Below are positions 60,544 through 64,000 of a DNA stretch of 64,000 nt, one piece after another (within the stretch, counting starts at the first letter, position 1; each line of letters opens with the position of its first letter). The position numbers were made by a program, and so were the translations under genes. The notes beneath the pieces are model-generated. The model ran no database searches. It saw nothing but the letters and a program-made list of their open reading frames with translations, and was not told where the DNA came from. Source of the DNA: the human T2T-CHM13v2.0 reference genome, Homo sapiens; assembly GCF_009914755.1 (NCBI RefSeq), contig NC_060944.1; one strand, 5' to 3'.

Positions 60544-60920
60544 GTCAGTCTGCTGGCATCATGTCTATGTTCCAATCAGCGGGACAGTGAAAAATGCCAA
60601 TAAGGCAGTTTGAAGACATGACCAGAAAGCTGCACATGTGACTTCTGTTTCAGCTCCTTGGCCAGAGCTTCAACACTGGCCATGCCAACTACAAGAGAGG
60701 CTAGAAAATGTGGTCTTTATTGTCAGCAGCCACGTACCTAGCTAGAAAGCAGAGGTTTTATTATTATAGAAAAGAGGGAGAATAGATATTGATGTAGAGT
60801 TACCAGTCTAAGCCATGTTTATTTGGTAATTGAAGGCAGTGCTTTTTCTTTGATGTCTTGCTTCAGCTCTATCCTACAAGATTGGCATGCAGTATTTTCA
60901 TTGCTTCTCAGTTCAAAATA

Positions 60921-61008
60921 CAGAGTATACTGAATGCATATTGCTTTTGCAGCATCATAAAGTCTAAAAATCGTTAAGTCAAACTACTATAAATTGGGGA
61001 CTTGTCTG
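60921..61008. mobile_element. MER47/Tigger5-like mini element flanked by TA
   Basis: 'actgaatgcatattgcttttgcagcatcataaagtc..ggggacttgtctg' with TA on both sides. Confidence 0.7.
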
Positions 61009-62204
61009 TATTTTGTAATTTCTCTTGTAATTTCCTCTGTATACCATGGGTCACTTAAGAGTGCTTTTTAACTCACCAAACAATATTTTCCATTTAAGTA
61101 AGCATTTTCTTGATTTCCAATTTAATTCTGTTGTCATAATATAATGTGGCTATATGATATCAATTCTTTGAAATTTATTGTCTTTGTGACCCACTACATT
61201 ATCAGTCTTTGTAAGTTTTCAATGCATGCTAAAGAAAGAATATAGTCTGTATTGGCTGATGGCAGTTTATGAACCCTCATCACTATTCTGGTAAAAAGTT
61301 TATATCTCTATCTTTTTCTTTAAAAGTAGAATCATATTGTATATAGTATCTTGCAGATTTATTTAAACATGTAATAATGTATTTTAAACATATTTCCATA
61401 TAACTACATGTGACTTGGAGCACATCTTTATTTATCAGGATAAACTCCAGTGGGAGACTGTCCTTCAATGGTATGCTTTTTAAAAAGGGTTCCTCTAAAT
61501 TATTGCCATGATTATCAATTCGTCCTCCTCCCACCAACCCCTGAGAAGGGTTAAACCAATTTTCGCTCCCTTCAGTCCTGTAGAACGTTGCCCATTTCTT
61601 ATATCCTCTCAAGCATTATTATGTATTATCATATTTTTTATCTTTGCCGGTGGTCAAGCTGCTTCCTTTTGCTGATGAGACGGAAGCTTGGATATATACA
61701 GCAGCAGGCAAAATAAAGCAGAGTGAGATCCAGGAGTGGATCCTGCCTCTCATTTCCTGCCCAGGACAGAGTAGGGAGAAGCGATAAAATCCAGCTGTGC
61801 TTTTCTCTTCTACATTCAGAATTGTGAGTTCCAAAATTTTTTTTTACCCTGTCCAGCACCAACTTGGCTGAAATTTTGTGAATGATATGTCCTTCTCCTA
61901 AGGGGTGAATCAAATCTGCCAATATCTGTGCCTCATGCAGAACACAGAGCTTGACAATTTTTTTTTAAGCCAAATGTGTTTTCTTAGCTGGAAGTAGGAG
62001 AAAAATTGAGATTCTCTTTCCCTGGTTGTGTAGCTCAGCTGGGTCCTAGTAGCTCTGATCTCTGCCAAGATGTTTTTAGGATTTCCTTTCAGAAAATGGC
62101 AGTTACTGGGACCACCCACCTATCCTGGGATGCAAAGAGATGTAGCTACTTGAATACAGAAAACAAAATTACAACTGAACTTTTCTAAAATTTACTATTT
62201 ATTT

Positions 62205-62500
62205 AGTTTTTTTTTTAACTGACACATAATAATTGTACATATTTATGGGATACATAGTGATGTTTTGATACATACAGCATGTAGTGATCAGATCAGGGTA
62301 ATTAGCATATTAATCTCTCAAACATTTATTATTTCTTTGTGTTGGGAACATTCAGTATCCTCCTCCTAAGCTATTTGGAAGTATGGAATATATGATTGCT
62401 AACTGTATCATCCTACAGGGCTATAGAACACTAGAACTTATTCCTCCTATCTATCTGTAATTTTTTATCCTTTAACAAGTCTCTCCCACCCTTTCTCCCA
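62205..62500 (-). mobile_element. L1MA5-like 3' end
   Basis: 'gtagtgatcagatcagggtaattagcat..ctatagaacactagaacttattcctcctatct'. Confidence 0.8.
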
Positions 62501-62760
62501 TACTTCCTTTCTGATTCCAGTTGTAGCCTCACAACTACTCTGTGTGTAAAGAATGACAATTGCTCCCCTTTTAAAGATGAGGACACTGAGGGTTAAAAAA
62601 GCTAGGGAACTTTTGTTGGTTTGCACAGCTAGAAAGAGGCCTTCCCTGACCCCCTTGAAGAGGTAACCTGCGGTTCCCTCAGTTGCTAGCCACGTTGCTC
62701 TATTTTCTTAACATCACCAATCACAGTGTGTAATTATTGCCTTATTTATTTGTTCGCTAC

Positions 62761-63284
62761 TATGGTAGACAGCCTCCTCACTTCTCAGTAGTCATGCCAT
62801 TTTGTAGTCTCCTCCCATGTTGAGTCATGCTGGTCTGTGTGACTAATAGAGTGTATGGCTGAGATGGTGATGTTTGATTTCCAGTGCTAAGTTATAAAGG
62901 GCATTGCAGCTCTGCTTTGCTTAAGGAAGCCTGCTGCCATGTCATGGGGATGCTCAAATATCCCATGGAGAAGCCCACATTAGCAGTAACTGGGTCTCCT
63001 ACTAACAGCCAGCATCAGCTTGCCAGCCATATGAGTGAGCCACCTTGGAAGTGGATTCACCAGCCCCATCAAGCCTTCAGATCACTATAGCCCCAGGTGG
63101 CTCAAAACACAATCTTATGAGAGACTCCAAGCCAGAACTGCCCAGCCAAGCTACTCCTGAGTTCCTGACCAACTTGTGATCCCACTTGAGATATGGAATT
63201 AAAAATGTCAGAGATAACAACTGTGTATTGTTGTTTGAAACAAGTATTGCATAATTTTCTATACATCAATAGATAGTTAAGATA
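62761..63284 (+). mobile_element. MLT1F-like solo LTR inserted in an L2 3' end (L2 ~62640-63420)
   Basis: 'gtgagccaccttggaagtggat..caagccttcagat..gccagaactgcccagccaagct'; L2 resumes at 'tagactgtaaactctgtgaaggcaggg..gaataaatgaa'. Confidence 0.75.
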
Positions 63285-64000
63285 CTTGCTCATCTATTTC
63301 CATGGATAGACTGTAAACTCTGTGAAGGCAGGGCCCCTGTCTCTCTCACCACTCCCACATCTAGAAAAATGTCAAGCACACAGCAGCAACTTAACAAAAT
63401 ATTTAGTGAATAAATGAAACACTCAAAGTAGTAGTGAGAGGATTAGAATCTTGATGCTCTCATCTCACCTTCTAGCATTTTCCCACAATACTGTATTGCC
63501 TCTCTTCCCTTGCAGAGTGGAGCCACATAGCCACCTGGGGGGTGGGCTTTTTCCTGTTGCCTACAGAGCAATTCATAGTTAATTAAACCATTGAATAAAC
63601 AGAATAAGGGAGGATTTAAAAGTAATGAGCTGACAGCCCAGTGTGCATTATGCTGGGCTGAAAAGAGAATTTAATTTAGAGAAGAATTATGCACAGGCAA
63701 AAGAGCAGTCCGTTAAAACAAAGCAACTGTCTGGAAAGAGATAAAATAAAAATAGGTTCTGCATCCTGTGAAATAAATAGCAAAACCACACACATTTGGG
63801 GCACTTTGGAATCCTCAGAGCTGGGATCTCATGCAGAGTGGGACAGGGAAACACTGGGCAATGCAGGCAGGAGGGCAGAAGTGGTTTCCTCCAGTTCTCC
63901 TGTGTGGGTTGCAGGAGGTGTCTTGCTGGAGCATAGTTCTTGTCATAGGATTTTTTTGCTCACAACCCACTTGGAGCTTCCAAAGAGCAGCCTCGAGTGT

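Larger units (their letters stand above)
57325..60817 (-). mobile_element. Probable MLT1J-like MaLR provirus (3' LTR ~57325-57788, internal ~57789-59500, 5' LTR ~59500-60817) with nested elements
   Basis: Both LTRs share 'ctttatt..cacatgtccagctaaaa / cacgtacctagctagaa..ggata..gcca'; PPT rc 'ccaaaggagtggac' abuts 57788. Confidence 0.6.

Noticed and set aside
63634-63660. Hairpin cagcccag..ctgggctg containing CAGUGU (IRE or pre-miRNA?)
   Set aside because: CAGUGU is not in the apical loop with a 5-bp stem and bulged C, and the stem is too short for a pre-miRNA.

Overview
This is primate (human or ape-type) non-coding DNA dominated by transposable elements. I found no host protein-coding exon, RNA gene, CpG island or CRISPR array, and every recognisable ORF in the track belongs to a repeat (L1 ORF1/ORF2/ORF0, ERVL pol, Alu or simple repeat). 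Main landmarks: an internally deleted ERVL/MLT2 provirus (2654-5283); a full-length but inactivated L1PA4-like LINE-1 (9087-15238, minus strand) inserted in a MER58A; an MSTB LTR with an L1PA7 and an AluY stacked at one nick site; an old L1M 5' half; a twin-primed L1PA3-like element; a probable MLT1J provirus with both LTRs; about 12 Alus; many MER5, MIR, L2 and LTR relics; and a ~400-bp polypyrimidine minisatellite. I do not see a convincing new biological system. The best leads are local mechanistic fossils (triple target-site duplication, a templated-insertion scar at a MADE1 end, an L1 inversion with duplication) and an N-terminally extended L1 ORF0 under the antisense promoter. Subfamily names come from my recall of consensus sequences, not from a RepeatMasker run, and boundaries of old elements are approximate.
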